Positions 13,010 to 26,199 of a stretch of 64,000 nucleotides of DNA are shown piece after piece. Made by a program: the position numbers and the translations under genes. Positions within the stretch are counted from its first letter, which is position 1. The number at the start of each line of letters is the position of its first letter. The notes below the pieces were generated by a model, which was not told the DNA's origin, did no database searches, and was given only the letters and a program-made list of their open reading frames with translations. Source of the DNA: Eledone cirrhosa (lineage: Eukaryota); assembly GCA_964016885.1 (NCBI GenBank), contig OZ024740.1, forward strand, positions 16,740,001 to 16,804,000, in the 5' to 3' direction.

Positions 13010-16000
13010 CAGAGTAAATATGGTGCCTTCTGGACAGAGGTTTACAGGGAGACATCAGTGTAAATATGGTGGCATCTGGATAGAGGTTTACAGGGAGACA
13101 TCAGTGTAAATATGGTGGATTCTGGACAGAGGTTTACAGGGAGACATTAGTGTAAATATGGTGGCTTCTGGACAGAGATTTATAGGGAGATATCAGTGTT
13201 AATATGGTGGCTTCTGGACAGAGGTTTACAGGGAGACATCAGTGTAAATGTGGTGGCATCTGGACAGAGGTTTACAATGAGACATCAGTGTAAATATGGT
13301 GTCTTCTGGACAGGGCTTTACAGGGAGACATTAGTTTAAATATGGTGGCTTCTAGACAGAGGTTTACAGGGAGACATCAGTGTAAATATGGTGGCTTCTA
13401 GACGGAGGTTTACAGGGAGATATCAGTGTAAATATGGTGTCTTCTGGACAGAGGTTTCCAGGGAGATATCAGTGTAAATATGGTGTCTTCTGGACAGAGC
13501 TTTACAGGGAGATATCAGAGTAAATATGGCGGCTTCTGGACAGAGCTTTACAGGGAGACATCAGTGTAAATATGCTGGCTTCTAGACAGAGTTTTACAGG
13601 GAGACATCAGTGTAAATATGGTGGCTTCTGGACAGATGTTTACAGGGAGACATTAGTGTAAAAATGGTGGCTTCTGGACGGAGGTTTACAGGGAGACATC
13701 AGTGTAAATATGTTGGCTTCTAGACAGAGGTTTACAGGCAGACATCAGTGTAAATATGATGGCTTCTGGATAGAGGTTTACAGGGAGACATCAGTGTAAA
13801 TATGGTGGCTTCTGGACAGAGGTTTACAGGGACACATCAGTGTAAATATGGTGGCTTCTGGACAGAGGTTTACAGGGAGTCATCAGAGTAAATATGGTGG
13901 CTTCTAGACAGAGCATTACAGGGAGATATCAGAGTAAATATGGTGGCTTCTAGACAAAGCTTTACAGGGAGACATCAGTGTAAATATGGTGGCTTCTAGA
14001 CAGAGCTTTACAGGGAGACATCAGTGTAAATATGGTGGTTTCTAGACAAAGCTTTACAGGGAGACATCAGTGTAAATATGGTGGCTTCTAGACAAAGCTT
14101 TACAGGGAGACATCAGTGTAAATATGGTGGCTTCTTGACAGAGCTTTACAGGGAAACATCAGTGTAAATATGGTGGCTTCTGGACAGGTTTACAGGGAGA
14201 TATCAGTGTAAATATGGTGGCTTCTAGACAGAGCTTTGCAGGGAGACATCAGTGTAAATATGGTGGCTTCTGGACAGAGGTTTACAGGGAGATATCAGAG
14301 TAAATATGGTGGCTTCTAGACAGAGGTTTACAGGGATATTTTAGTGTAAATATGGTGGCATCTGGACAGAGGTTTACAGGGAGACATCAGTGTAAATATG
14401 GTGGCTTCTCTACAGAGCTTTACAAGGAGATATCAGTGTAAATATGGTGGCTTCTGGACAGAGGTTTACAAGGAGACATCCGTGTAAATATGTTGGCTTC
14501 TGGACAGAGATTTACAGGGATACATTAGTGTAAATATGGTGGCTTCTAGACAGTGCTTTACAGGGAGATATCAGAGGAAATATAGTGGCTTCTGGACAGA
14601 GGTTTACAGGGAGATATCAGTGTAAATATGGTGGCATCTGGACAAAGGTTTACAGTGACACATCAGTGTAAATATGGTGGCTTCTAGACAGCGCTTTACA
14701 GGGAGATATCAGAGTAAATATGGTGGCATCTGGACAGAGGTTTACAGGTAGACATCAGTGTAAATATGGTGACTTCTGGACAGAGGTTTACAGGGAGACA
14801 TTAGTGTAAATATGGTGGCTTCTAGACAGAGGTTTACAGGGAGATATCATAGTAAATATGGTGGCTTCTGGACAGAGCTTTACAGGGAGACATCAGTGTA
14901 AATATGGTGGCTTCTGGACAGAGGTTTACAGGGAGACATCAGTGTAAAAATGGTGGCTTCTGGACAGAGGTTTACAGGGAGACAATCAGTGTAAATATGG
15001 TGGCCTCTGGACAGAGGTTTACAGGGAGACATCAGTGTAAATATGTTGGCTTCTAGACAGAGGTTTACAGGGAGACATCAGTGTAAATATTGTGGCTTCT
15101 GGATAGAGGTTTACAGGGAGACATCAGTGTAAATATGGTGGCTTCTGGATAGAGGTTTACAGGGAGACATCAGTGTAAATATGGTGGCTTCTGGACAGAG
15201 GTTTACAGGGAGATATCAGTGTAAATATGGTGGCTTCTGGACAGAGGTTTACAGGGAGACATCAGTGTAAATATGGTGGCTTCTAGACAGAGGTTTACAG
15301 GGAGTCATCAGTGTTAATATGGTGGCTTCTAGACAGAGCTTTACAGGGAGATATCAGAGTAAATATGGTGCCTTCTGGACAGAGGTTTACAGGGAGACAT
15401 CAGTGTAAATATGGTGGCTTCTGGATAGAGGTTTACAGGGAGACATCAGTGTAAATATGGTGGATTCTGGACAGAGGTTTACAGGGAGACATTAGTGTAA
15501 ATATGGTGGCTTCTGGACAGAGATTTATAGGGAGATATCAGTGTTAATATGGTGGCTTCTGGACAGAGGTTTACAGGGAGACATCAGTGTAAATGTGGTG
15601 GCATCTGGACAGAGGTTTACAATGAGACATCAGTGTAAATATGGTGTCTTCTGGACAGGGCTTTACAGGGAGACATTAGTTTAAATATGGTGGCTTCTAG
15701 ACAGAGGTTTACAGGGAGACATCAGTGTAAATATGGTGGCTTCTAGACGGAGGTTTACAGGGAGATATCAGTGTAAATATGGTGTCTTCTGGACAGAGGT
15801 TTCCAGGGAGATATCAGTGTAAATATGGTGTCTTCTGGACAGAGCTTTACAGGGAGATATCAGAGTAAATATGGCGGCTTCTGGACAGAGCTTTACAGGG
15901 AGACATCAGTGTAAATATGCTGGCTTCTAGACAGAGTTTTACAGGGAGACATCAGTGTAAATATGGTGGCTTCTGGACAGATGTTTACAGGGAGACATTA

Positions 16001-17700
16001 GTGTAAAAATGGTGGCTTCTGGACGGAGGTTTACAGGGAGACATCAGTGTAAATATGTTGGCTTCTAGACAGAGGTTTACAGGCAGACATCAGTGTAAAT
16101 ATGATGGCTTCTGGATAGAGGTTTACAGGGAGACATCAGTGTAAATATGGTGGCTTCTGGACAGAGGTTTACAGGGACACATCAGTGTAAATATGGTGGC
16201 TTCTGGACAGAGGTTTACAGGGAGTCATCAGAGTAAATATGGTGGCTTCTAGACAGAGCATTACAGGGAGATATCAGAGTAAATATGGTGGCTTCTAGAC
16301 AAAGCTTTACAGGGAGACATCAGTGTAAATATGGTGGCTTCTAGACAGAGCTTTACAGGGAGACATCAGTGTAAATATGGTGGTTTCTAGACAAAGCTTT
16401 ACAGGGAGACATCAGTGTAAATATGGTGGCTTCTAGACAAAGCTTTACAGGGAGACATCAGTGTAAATATGGTGGCTTCTTGACAGAGCTTTACAGGGAA
16501 ACATCAGTGTAAATATGGTGGCTTCTGGACAGGTTTACAGGGAGATATCAGTGTAAATATGGTGGCTTCTAGACAGAGCTTTGCAGGGAGACATCAGTGT
16601 AAATATGGTGGCTTCTGGACAGAGGTTTACAGGGAGATATCAGAGTAAATATGGTGGCTTCTAGACAGAGGTTTACAGGGATATTTTAGTGTAAATATGG
16701 TGGCATCTGGACAGAGGTTTACAGGGAGACATCAGTGTAAATATGGTGGCTTCTCGACAGAGCTTTACAGGGAGATATCAGTGTAAATATGGTGGCTTCT
16801 GGACAGAGGTTTACAAGGAGACATCCGTGTAAATATGTTGGCTTCTGGACAGAGCTTTACAGGGATACATTAGTGTAAATATGGTGGCTTCTAGACAGTG
16901 CTTTACAGGGAGATATCAGAGGAAATATAGTGGCTTCTGGACAGAGGTTTACAGGGAGATATCAGTGTAAATATGGTGGCATCTGGACAAAGGTTTACAG
17001 TGACACATCAGTGTAAATATGGTGGCTTCTAGACAGCGCTTTACAGGGAGATATCAGAGTAAATATGGTGGCATCTGGACAGAGGTTTACAGGTAGACAT
17101 CAGTGTAAATATGGTGACTTCTGGACAGAGGTTTACAGGGAGACATTAGTGTAAATATGGTGGCTTCTAGACAGAGGTTTACAGGGAGATATCAGAGTAA
17201 ATATGGTGGCTTCTGGACAGAGCTTTACAGGGAGACATCAGTGTAAATATGGTGGCTTCTGGACAGAGGTTTACAGGGAGACATCAATGTAAAAATGGTG
17301 GCTTCTGGACAGAGGTTTACAGGGAGACAATCAGTGTAAATATGGTGGCTTCTGGACAGAGGTTTACAGGGAGACATCAGTGTAAATATGTTGGCTTCTA
17401 GACAGAGGTTTACAGGGAGACATCAGTGTAAATATTGTGGCTTCTGGATAGAGGTTTACAGGGAGACATCAGTGTAAATATAGTGGCTTCTGGATAGAGG
17501 TTTACAGGGAGACATCAGTGTAAATATGGTGGCTTCTGGACAGAGGTTTACAGGGAGATATCAGTGTAAATATGGTGGCTTCTGGACAGAGGTTTACAGG
17601 GAGACATCAGTGTAAATATGGTGGCTTCTAGACAGAGGTTTACAGGGAGTCATCAGTGTTAATATGGTGGCTTCTAGACAGAGCTTTACAGGGAGATATC
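13010..17700 (+). repeat. Tandem duplication of a 51-monomer (2345 bp) segment
   Basis: AGGCAGAC at 13736 and 16081; the TGACAG of CTTCTTGACAG at 14136 and 16481. Both offsets are 2345 = 51x46-1 (one 2-bp deletion, one 1-bp insertion). Confidence 0.88.
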
Positions 17701-20700
17701 AGAGTAAATATGGTGGCTTCTAGACAAAGCTTTACAGGGAGACTTCAGTGTAAATATGGTGGCTTCTAGACAGAGATTTACAGGGAGACATCTGTGTAAA
17801 TATGGTGGCTTCTAGACAGGTTTACTGGGAGACATCAGTGTAAATATCGTGGCTTCTAGACAAAGCTTTACAGGGAGACATCAGTGTAAATATGGTGGCT
17901 TCTAGACAGAGCTTTACAGGGAGACATCAGTGTAAATATGGTGGCTTCTAGACAGAGCTTTACAGGGAGACATCAGTGTAAATATGGTGGCTTCTGGACA
18001 GAGGTTTACAGGGAGATATCAGTGTAAATATGGTGGCTTCTAGACAGAGCTTTGCAGGGAGAGATCAGTGTAAATATGGTGGCTTCTGGACAGAGGTTTA
18101 CAGGGAGACATCAGAGTCAATATGGTGGCTTCTAGACAGAGGTTTACAGGGAGACATCAGTGTAAATATGGTGGCATCTGGACAGATGTTTACAGGGAGA
18201 CATCAGTGTAAATATGGTGGCTTCTAGACAGAGCTTTGCAGGGAGACATCAGTGTAAATATGGTGGCTTCTGGAGAGAGGTTTACAGGGAGACATCAGAG
18301 TAAATATGGTGGCTTCTAGACAGAGGTTTACAGGAAGACATCAGTGTAAATATGGTGGCATCTGGACAGAGGTTTACAGGGAGACATCAGTGTAAATATG
18401 GTGGCTTCTGGATAGAGATTTACAGAGAGACATTAGTGTAAATATGGTGGCTTCTAGACAGAGCTTTACAGGGAGATATCAGAGTAAATATAGTGTCTTC
18501 TGGACAGAGCTTTACAGGGAGACATCAGTGTAAATATGGTGGCTTCTAGACAGAGCTTTACAGGGAGATATCAGAGTAAATATAGTGTATTCTGGACAGA
18601 GGTTTACAGGGAGACATCAGTGTAAATATGGTGGCTTCTAGACAGAGCTTTACAGGGAGATATCAGTGTAAATATGGTGGCTTCTAGACAGAGCTTTACA
18701 GGGAGACATTAGTGTATATATATTGGCTTCTAGACAGAGCTTTACAGGGAGATATCAGTGTAAATATGGTGGCTTCTAGACAGAGCTTTACAGGGAGATA
18801 TCAGAGTAAATATGGTGCCTTCTGGACAGAGGTTTACAGGGAGACATCAGTGAAAATATGGTGGCTTCTGGATAGAGGTTTACAGGGAGACATCAGTGTA
18901 AATATGGTGGATTCTGGGCAGAGGTTTACAGGGAGACATTAGTGTAAATATGGTCGCTTCTGGACAGAGATTTATAGGGAGATATCAGTGTTAATATGGT
19001 GGCTTCTGTACAGAGGTTTACAGGGAGACATCAGTGTAAATGTGGTGGCATCTGGACAGAGGTTTACAATGAGACATCAGTGTAAATATGGTGTCTTCTG
19101 GACAGGGCTTTACAGGGAGACATTAGTTTAAATATGGTGGCTTCTAGACAGAGGTTTACAGGGAGACATCAGTGTAAATATGGTGGCTTCTAGACGGAGG
19201 TTTACAGGGAGATATCAGTGTAAATATGGTGTCTTCTGGACAGAGGTTTCCAGGGAGATATCAGTGTAAATATGGTGTCTTCTGGACAGAGCTTTACAGG
19301 GAGATATCAGAGTAAATATGGCGGCTTCTGGACAGAGCTTTACAGGGAGACATCAGTGTAAATATGCTGGCTTCTAGACAGAGTTTTACAGGGAGACATC
19401 AGTGTAAATATGGTGGCTTCTGGACAGATGTTTACAGGGAGACATTAGTGTAAAAATGGTGGCTTCTGGACGGAGGTTTACAGGGAGACATCAGTGTAAA
19501 TATGTTGGCTTCTAGACAGAGGTTTACAGGGAGACATCAGTGTAAATATGATGGCTTCTGGACAGAGGTTTACAGGGACACATCAGTGTAAATATGGTGG
19601 CTTCTGGACAGAGGTTTACAGGGAGTCATCAGAGTAAATATGGTGGCTTCTAGACAGAGCATTACAGGGAGATATCAGAGTAAATATGGTGGCTTCTAGA
19701 CAAAGCTTTACAGGGAGACATCAGTGTAAATATGGTGGCTTCTAGACAGAGCTTTACAGGGAGACATCAGTGTAAATATGGTGGTTTCTAGACAAAGCTT
19801 TACAGGGAGACATCAGTGTAAATATGGTGGCTTCTAGACAAAGCTTTACAGGGAGACATCAGTGTAAATATGGTGGCTTCTTCACAGAGCTTTACAGGGA
19901 AACATCAGTGTAAATATGGTGGCTTCTAAACAGAGCTTTGCAGGGAGACATCAGTGTAAATATGGTGGCTTCTGGACAGAGGTTTACAGGGAGATATCAG
20001 AGTAAATATGGTGGCTTCTAGACAGAGGTTTACAGGGATATTTTAGTGTAAATATGGTGGCATCTGGACAGAGGTTTACAGGGAGACATCTGTGTAAATA
20101 TGGTGGCTTCTCGACAGAGCTTTACAGGGAGATATCAGTGTAAATATGGTGGCTTCTGGACAGAGGTTTACAAGGAGACATCCGTGTAAATATGTTGGCT
20201 TCTGGACAGAGCTTTACAGGGATACATTAGTGTAAATATGGTGGCTTCTAGACAGTGCTTTACAGGGAGATATCAGAGGAAATATAGTGGCTTCTGGACA
20301 GAGGTTTACAGGGAGATATCAGTGTAAATATGGTGGCATCTGGACAAAGGTTTACAGTGACACATCAGTGTAAATATGGTGGCTTCTAGACAGCGCTTTA
20401 CAGGGAGATATCAGAGTAATTATGGTGGCTTCTGGACAGAGGTTTACAGGTAGACATCAGTGTAAATATGGTGACTTCTGGACAGAGGTTTACAGGGAGA
20501 CATTAGTGTAAATATGGTGGCTTCTAGACAGAGGTTTACAGGGAGATATCAGAGTAAATATGGTGGCTTCTGGACAGAGCTTTACAGGGAGACATCAGTG
20601 TAAATATGGTGGCTTCTGGACAGAGGTTTACAGGGAGACATCAGTGTAAAAATGGTGGCTTCTGGACAGAGGTTTACAGGGAGACAATCAGTGTAAATAT

Positions 20701-21880
20701 GGTGGCTTCTGGACAGAGGTTTACAGGGAGACATCAGTGTAAATATTGTGGCTTCTGGATAGAGGTTTACAGGGAGACATCAGTGTAAATATGGTGGCTT
20801 CTGGATAGAGGTTTACAGGGAGACATCAGTGTAAATATGGTGGCTTCTGGACAGAGGTTTACAGGGAGATATCAGTGTAAATATGGTGGCTTCTGGACAG
20901 AGGTTTACAGGGAGACATCAGTGTAAATATGGTGGCTTCTAGACAGAGGTTTACAGGGAGTCATCAGTGTTAATATGGTGGCTTCTAGACAGAGCTTTAC
21001 AGGGAGATATCAGAGTAAATATGGTGGCTTCTAGACAAAGCTTTACAGGGAGACTTCAGTGTAAATATGGTGGCTTCTAGACAGAGATTTACAGGGAGAC
21101 ATCTGTGTAAATATGGTGGCTTCTAGACAGGTTTACTGGGAGACATCAGTGTAAATATCGTGGCTTCTAGATAAAGCTTTACAGGGAGACATCAGTGTAA
21201 ATATGGTGGCTTCTAGACAGAGCTTTACAGGGAGACATCAGTGTAAATATGGTGGCTTCTAGACAGAGCTTTACAGGGAGACATCAGTGTAAATATGGTG
21301 GCTTCTGGACAGAGCTTTACAGGGAGATATCAGTGTAAATATGGTGGCTTCTAGACAGAGCTTTGCAGGGAGAGATCAGTGTAAATATGGTGGCTTCTGG
21401 ACAGAGGTTTACAGGGAGACATCAGAGTCAATATGGTGGCTTCTAGACAGAGGTTTACAGGGAGACATCAGTGTAAATATGGTGGCATCTGGACAGATGT
21501 TTACAGGGAGACATCAGTGTAAATATGGTGGCTTCTAGACAGAGCTTTGCAGGGAGACATCAGTGTAAATATGGTGGCTTCTGGAGAGAGGTTTACAGGG
21601 AGACATCAGAGTAAATATGGTGGCTTCTAGACAGAGGTTTACAGGAAGACATCAGTGTAAATATGGTGGCATCTGGACAGAGGTTTACAGGGAGACATCA
21701 GTGTAAATATGGTGGCTTCTGGATAGAGATTTACAGAGAGACATTAGTGTAAATATGGTGGCTTCTAGACAGAGCTTTACAGGGAGATATCAGAGTAAAT
21801 ATAGTGTCTTCTGGACAGAGCTTTACAGGGAGACATCAGTGTAAATATGGTGGCTTCTAGACAGAGCTTTACAGGGAGAC
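17430..21880 (+). repeat. Duplicated block at 3311 bp (72x46-1) offset (~17.4-18.55 kb repeated at ~20.75-21.88 kb)
   Basis: Identical 65-aa pseudo-ORFs start at 18030 and 21341. Shared variants occur in order: GACTTCAG, GAGAGATCAG, GAGTCAAT, GATAGAGATTTACAGAGAG. Confidence 0.85.
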
Positions 21881-24800
21881 ATCAGTGTAAATATGGTGGC
21901 TTCTGGACAGAGGTTTACAGGGAGATATCAGTGTAAATATGGTGGCTTCTAGACAGAGCTTTGCAGGGAGACATCAGTGTAAATATGGTGGCTTCTAGAC
22001 AGAGCTTTACAGGGAGATATCAGAGTAAATATGGTGCCTTCTGGACAGAGTTTTACTGGGAGACATCAGTGTAAATATGGTGGCTTCTGGACAGAGGTTT
22101 ACAGGGAGACATCAGAGTAAATATGGTGCCTTCTGGACAGAGGTTTACAGGGAGACATCAGTGTAAATATGGTGGCTTCTGGACAGAGGTTTACAGGGAG
22201 ACATCAGAGTAAATATGGTGGCTTCTAGACAGAGCATTACAGGGAGATATCAGAGTAAATATGGTGGCTTCTAGACAAAGCTTTACAGGGAGACATCAGT
22301 GTATATATGGTGGCTTCTAGACAGAGCTTTACAGGGAGACATCAGTGTAAATATGGTGGCTTCTAGACAAAGCTTTACAGGGAGACGTCAGTGTAAATAT
22401 GGTGGCTTCTTGACAGAGCTTTACAGGGAAACATCAGTGTAAATATGGTGGCTTCTGGACAGGTTTACAGGGAGATATCAGTGTAAATATGGTGGCTTCT
22501 AGACAGAGCTTTGCAGGGAGACATCAGTGTAAATATGGTGGCTTCTGGACAGAGGTTTACAGGGAGATATCAGAGTAAATATGGTGGCTTCTAGACAGAG
22601 GTTTACAGGGATATTTTAGTGTGAATATGGTGGCATCTGGACAAAGGTTTAGAGGGAGACATCAGTGTAAATATTGTGGCTTCTAGACAGAGCTTTACAG
22701 AGAGATATTAGTGTAAATATGGTGGCTTCTAGACAGAGCTTTACAGGGAGTTATCAGAGTAAATATAGTGGCTTCTGGACAGAGGTTTACAGGGAGACAT
22801 CAGTGTAAATATGGTGGCTTCTAGACAGAGCTTTACAGGGAGATATCAGTGTAAATATGGTGGCTTCTGGACAGAGGTTTACAAGGAGACATCAGTGTAA
22901 ATATGGTGGCTTCTGGACAGAGCTTTACAGGGAGACATTAGTGTAAATATGGTGGCTTCTAGACAGTGCTTTACAGGGAGACATCAGTGTAAATATGGTG
23001 GCTTCTGGACAGAGGTTTACAGGGAGATATCATTGTAAATATGGTGGCATCTGGACAAAGGTTTACAGTGACACATCAGTGTAAATATGGTGGCTTCTAG
23101 ACAGAGCTTTACAGGGAGATATCAGAGTAAATATGGTGGCTTCTGGACAGAGGTTTACAGGTAGACATCAGTGTAAATATGGTGACTTCTGGACAGAGGT
23201 TTACAGGGAGACATTAGTGTAAATATAGTGGCTTCTAGACAGAGCTTTACAGGGTGATATCAGAGTAAATATGGTGGCTTCTGGACAGAGCTTTACAGGG
23301 AGACATCAGTGTAAATATGGTGGCTTCTGGACAGAGGTTTACAGGTAGACATCAGTGTAAAAATGGCGGCTTCTGGACAGAGGTTTACAGGGAGACAATC
23401 AGTGTAAATATGGTGGCTTCTGGACAGAGGTTTACAGATAGACATCAGTGTAAATATGGTGGCTTCTAGACAGAGTTTTACAGGGAGACATCAGTGTAAA
23501 TATGGTGGCTTCTGGACAGAGGTTTATAGGGAGATATCAGTGTAAATATGGTGGCTTCTAGACAGAGCTTTGCAGGGAGACATCAGTGTAAATATGGTGG
23601 CTTCTAGACAGAGCTTTACAGGGAGATATCAGAGTAAATATGGTGCCTTCTGGACAGAGTTTTACTGGGAGACATCAGTGGAAATATGGTGCCTTCTGGA
23701 CAGAGGTTTACAGTGAGGCATCAGAGTAAATATGGTGCCTTCTGGACAGAGGTTTACAGGGAGACATCAGTGTAAATATGGTGGCTTCTGGACAGAGGTT
23801 TACAGGGAGACATCAGAGTAAATATGGTGGCTTCTAGACAGAGCATTACAGGGAGATATCTGAGTAAATATGGTGGCTTCTAGACAAAGCTTTACAGGGA
23901 AAGATCAGTGTAAATATGGTGGCTTCTAGACAGAGCTTTACAGGGAGACATCAGTGTAAATATGGTGGCTTCTAGACAAAGCTTTACAGGGAGACATGAG
24001 TGTAAATATGGTGGCTTCTGGACAGAGGTTTACAAGGAGATATCAGAGTAAATATGGTGGCTTCTAGACAGAGGTTTACAGGGATATTTTAGTGTAAATA
24101 TGGTGGCATCTGGACAGAGGTTTACAGGGAGACATCAGTGTAAATATGGTGGCTTCTGGACAGAGCTTTACAGAGAGACATTAGTGTAAATATGGTGGCT
24201 TCTAGACAGAGCTTTACAGTGAGTTATGAGAGTAAATATAGTGGCTTCTGGACAGAGGTTTACAGGGAGACATCAGTGTAAATATGGTGGCTTCTAGACA
24301 GAGATTTACAGGGAGATATCCGAGTAAATATGGTCGCTTCTGGACAGAGGTTTACAAGGAGACATCAGTGTAAATATGGTGGCTTCTAGACAGTGCTTTA
24401 CAGGGAGATATCAGAGGAAATATAGTGGCTTCTGGACAGAGGTTTACAGGGAGATATCAGTGTAAATATGGTGGCATCTGGACAAAGGTTTACAGTGACA
24501 CATCAGTGTAAATATGGTGGCTTCTAGACAGAGCTTTACAGGGAGATATCAGAGTAAATATGGTGGCTTCTGGACAGAGGTTTACAGGTAGACGTCAGTG
24601 TAAATATGGTGACTTCTGGACAGAGGTTTACAGGGAGACATTAGTGTAAATATGGTGGCTTCTAGACAGATGTTTACAGGGAGATATCAGAGTAAATATC
24701 GTGGCTTCTGGACAGAGCTTTACAGGGAGACATCAGTGTAAATATGGTGGCTTCTGGACAGAGGTTTACATGGAGACATCAGTGTAAAAATGGTGGCTTC

Positions 24801-26199
24801 TGGACAGAGGTTTACAGGGAGACAATCAGTGTAAATATGGTGGCTTCTGGACAGAGGTTTACAGGGAGACATCAGTGTAAATATGTTGGCTTCTAGACAG
24901 AGGTTTACAGAGAGACATCAGTGTAAATATTGTGGCTTCTGGATAGAGGTTTACAGGGAGATATCAGAGTAAATATGGTGGCTTCTGGACAGAGCTTTAC
25001 AGGGAGACATCAGTGTAAATATGGTGGCTTCTGGATAGAGGTTTACAGGGAGACATCAGTGTAAATATGGTGGCTTCTGGACAGAGGTTTACAGGGAGAT
25101 ATCAGTGTAAATATGGTGGCTTCTGGACAGAGGTTTACAGGGAGATATCAGTGTTAATATGGTGGCTTCTGGACAGAGGTTTACAGGGAGACATCAGTGT
25201 AAATGTGGTGGCATCTGGACAGAGGTTTACAATGAGACATCAGTGTAAATATGGTGTCTTCTGGACAGAGCTTTACAGGGAGACATTAGTGTAAATATGG
25301 TGGCTTCTAGACAGAGCGTTACAGGGAGATATCAGAGTGAAAATGGTGGCTTCTGGACAGAGGTTTACAGGGAGATATCAGTGTAAATAAGGTGGCTTCT
25401 GGACAGAGGTTTCCAGGGAGATATCAGTGTAAATATGGTGTCTTCTGGACAGAGCTTTACAGGGAGATATCAGAGTAAATATGGTGGCTTCTGGACAGAG
25501 GTTTACAGGGAGATATCAGAGTAAATATGGTGGCTTCTAGACAAAGCTTTACAGGGAGACATCAGTGTAAATATAGTGGCTTCTGGAGAGAGGATTACAG
25601 GGAGACATCAGTGTAAATATGGTGGCTTCTAGACAGAGATTTACAGGGAGACATCAGAGTAAATATGGTGGCTTCTAGATAGAGGTTTACAGGGAGACTT
25701 CAGTGTAAATATGGTGGCTTCTAGACAGAGATTTACAGGGAGACATCTGTGTAAATATGGTGGCTTCTGGACAGAGGTTTACAGGGAGATATCAGTGTAA
25801 AAATGGTGGCTTCTGGACAGAGGTTTACAGGGAGACAATCAGTGTAAATATGGTGGCTTCTGGACAGAGGTTTACAGGGAGACATCAGTGTAAATATGTT
25901 GGCTTCTAGACAGAGGTTTACAGGGAGACATCAGTGTAAATATTGTGGCTTCTGGATAGAGGTTTACAGGGAGATATAAGAGTAAATATGGTGGCTTCTG
26001 GACAGAGCTTTACAGGGAGACATCAGTGTAAATATGGTGGCTTCTGGATAGAGGTTTACAGGGAGACATCAGTGTAAATATGGTGGCTTCTGGACAGAGG
26101 TTTACAGGGAGATATCAGTGTAAATATGGTGGCTTCTGGACAGACGTTTACAGGGAGACATCAGTGTAAATATGGTGGCTTCTAGACAGAGGTTTACAG

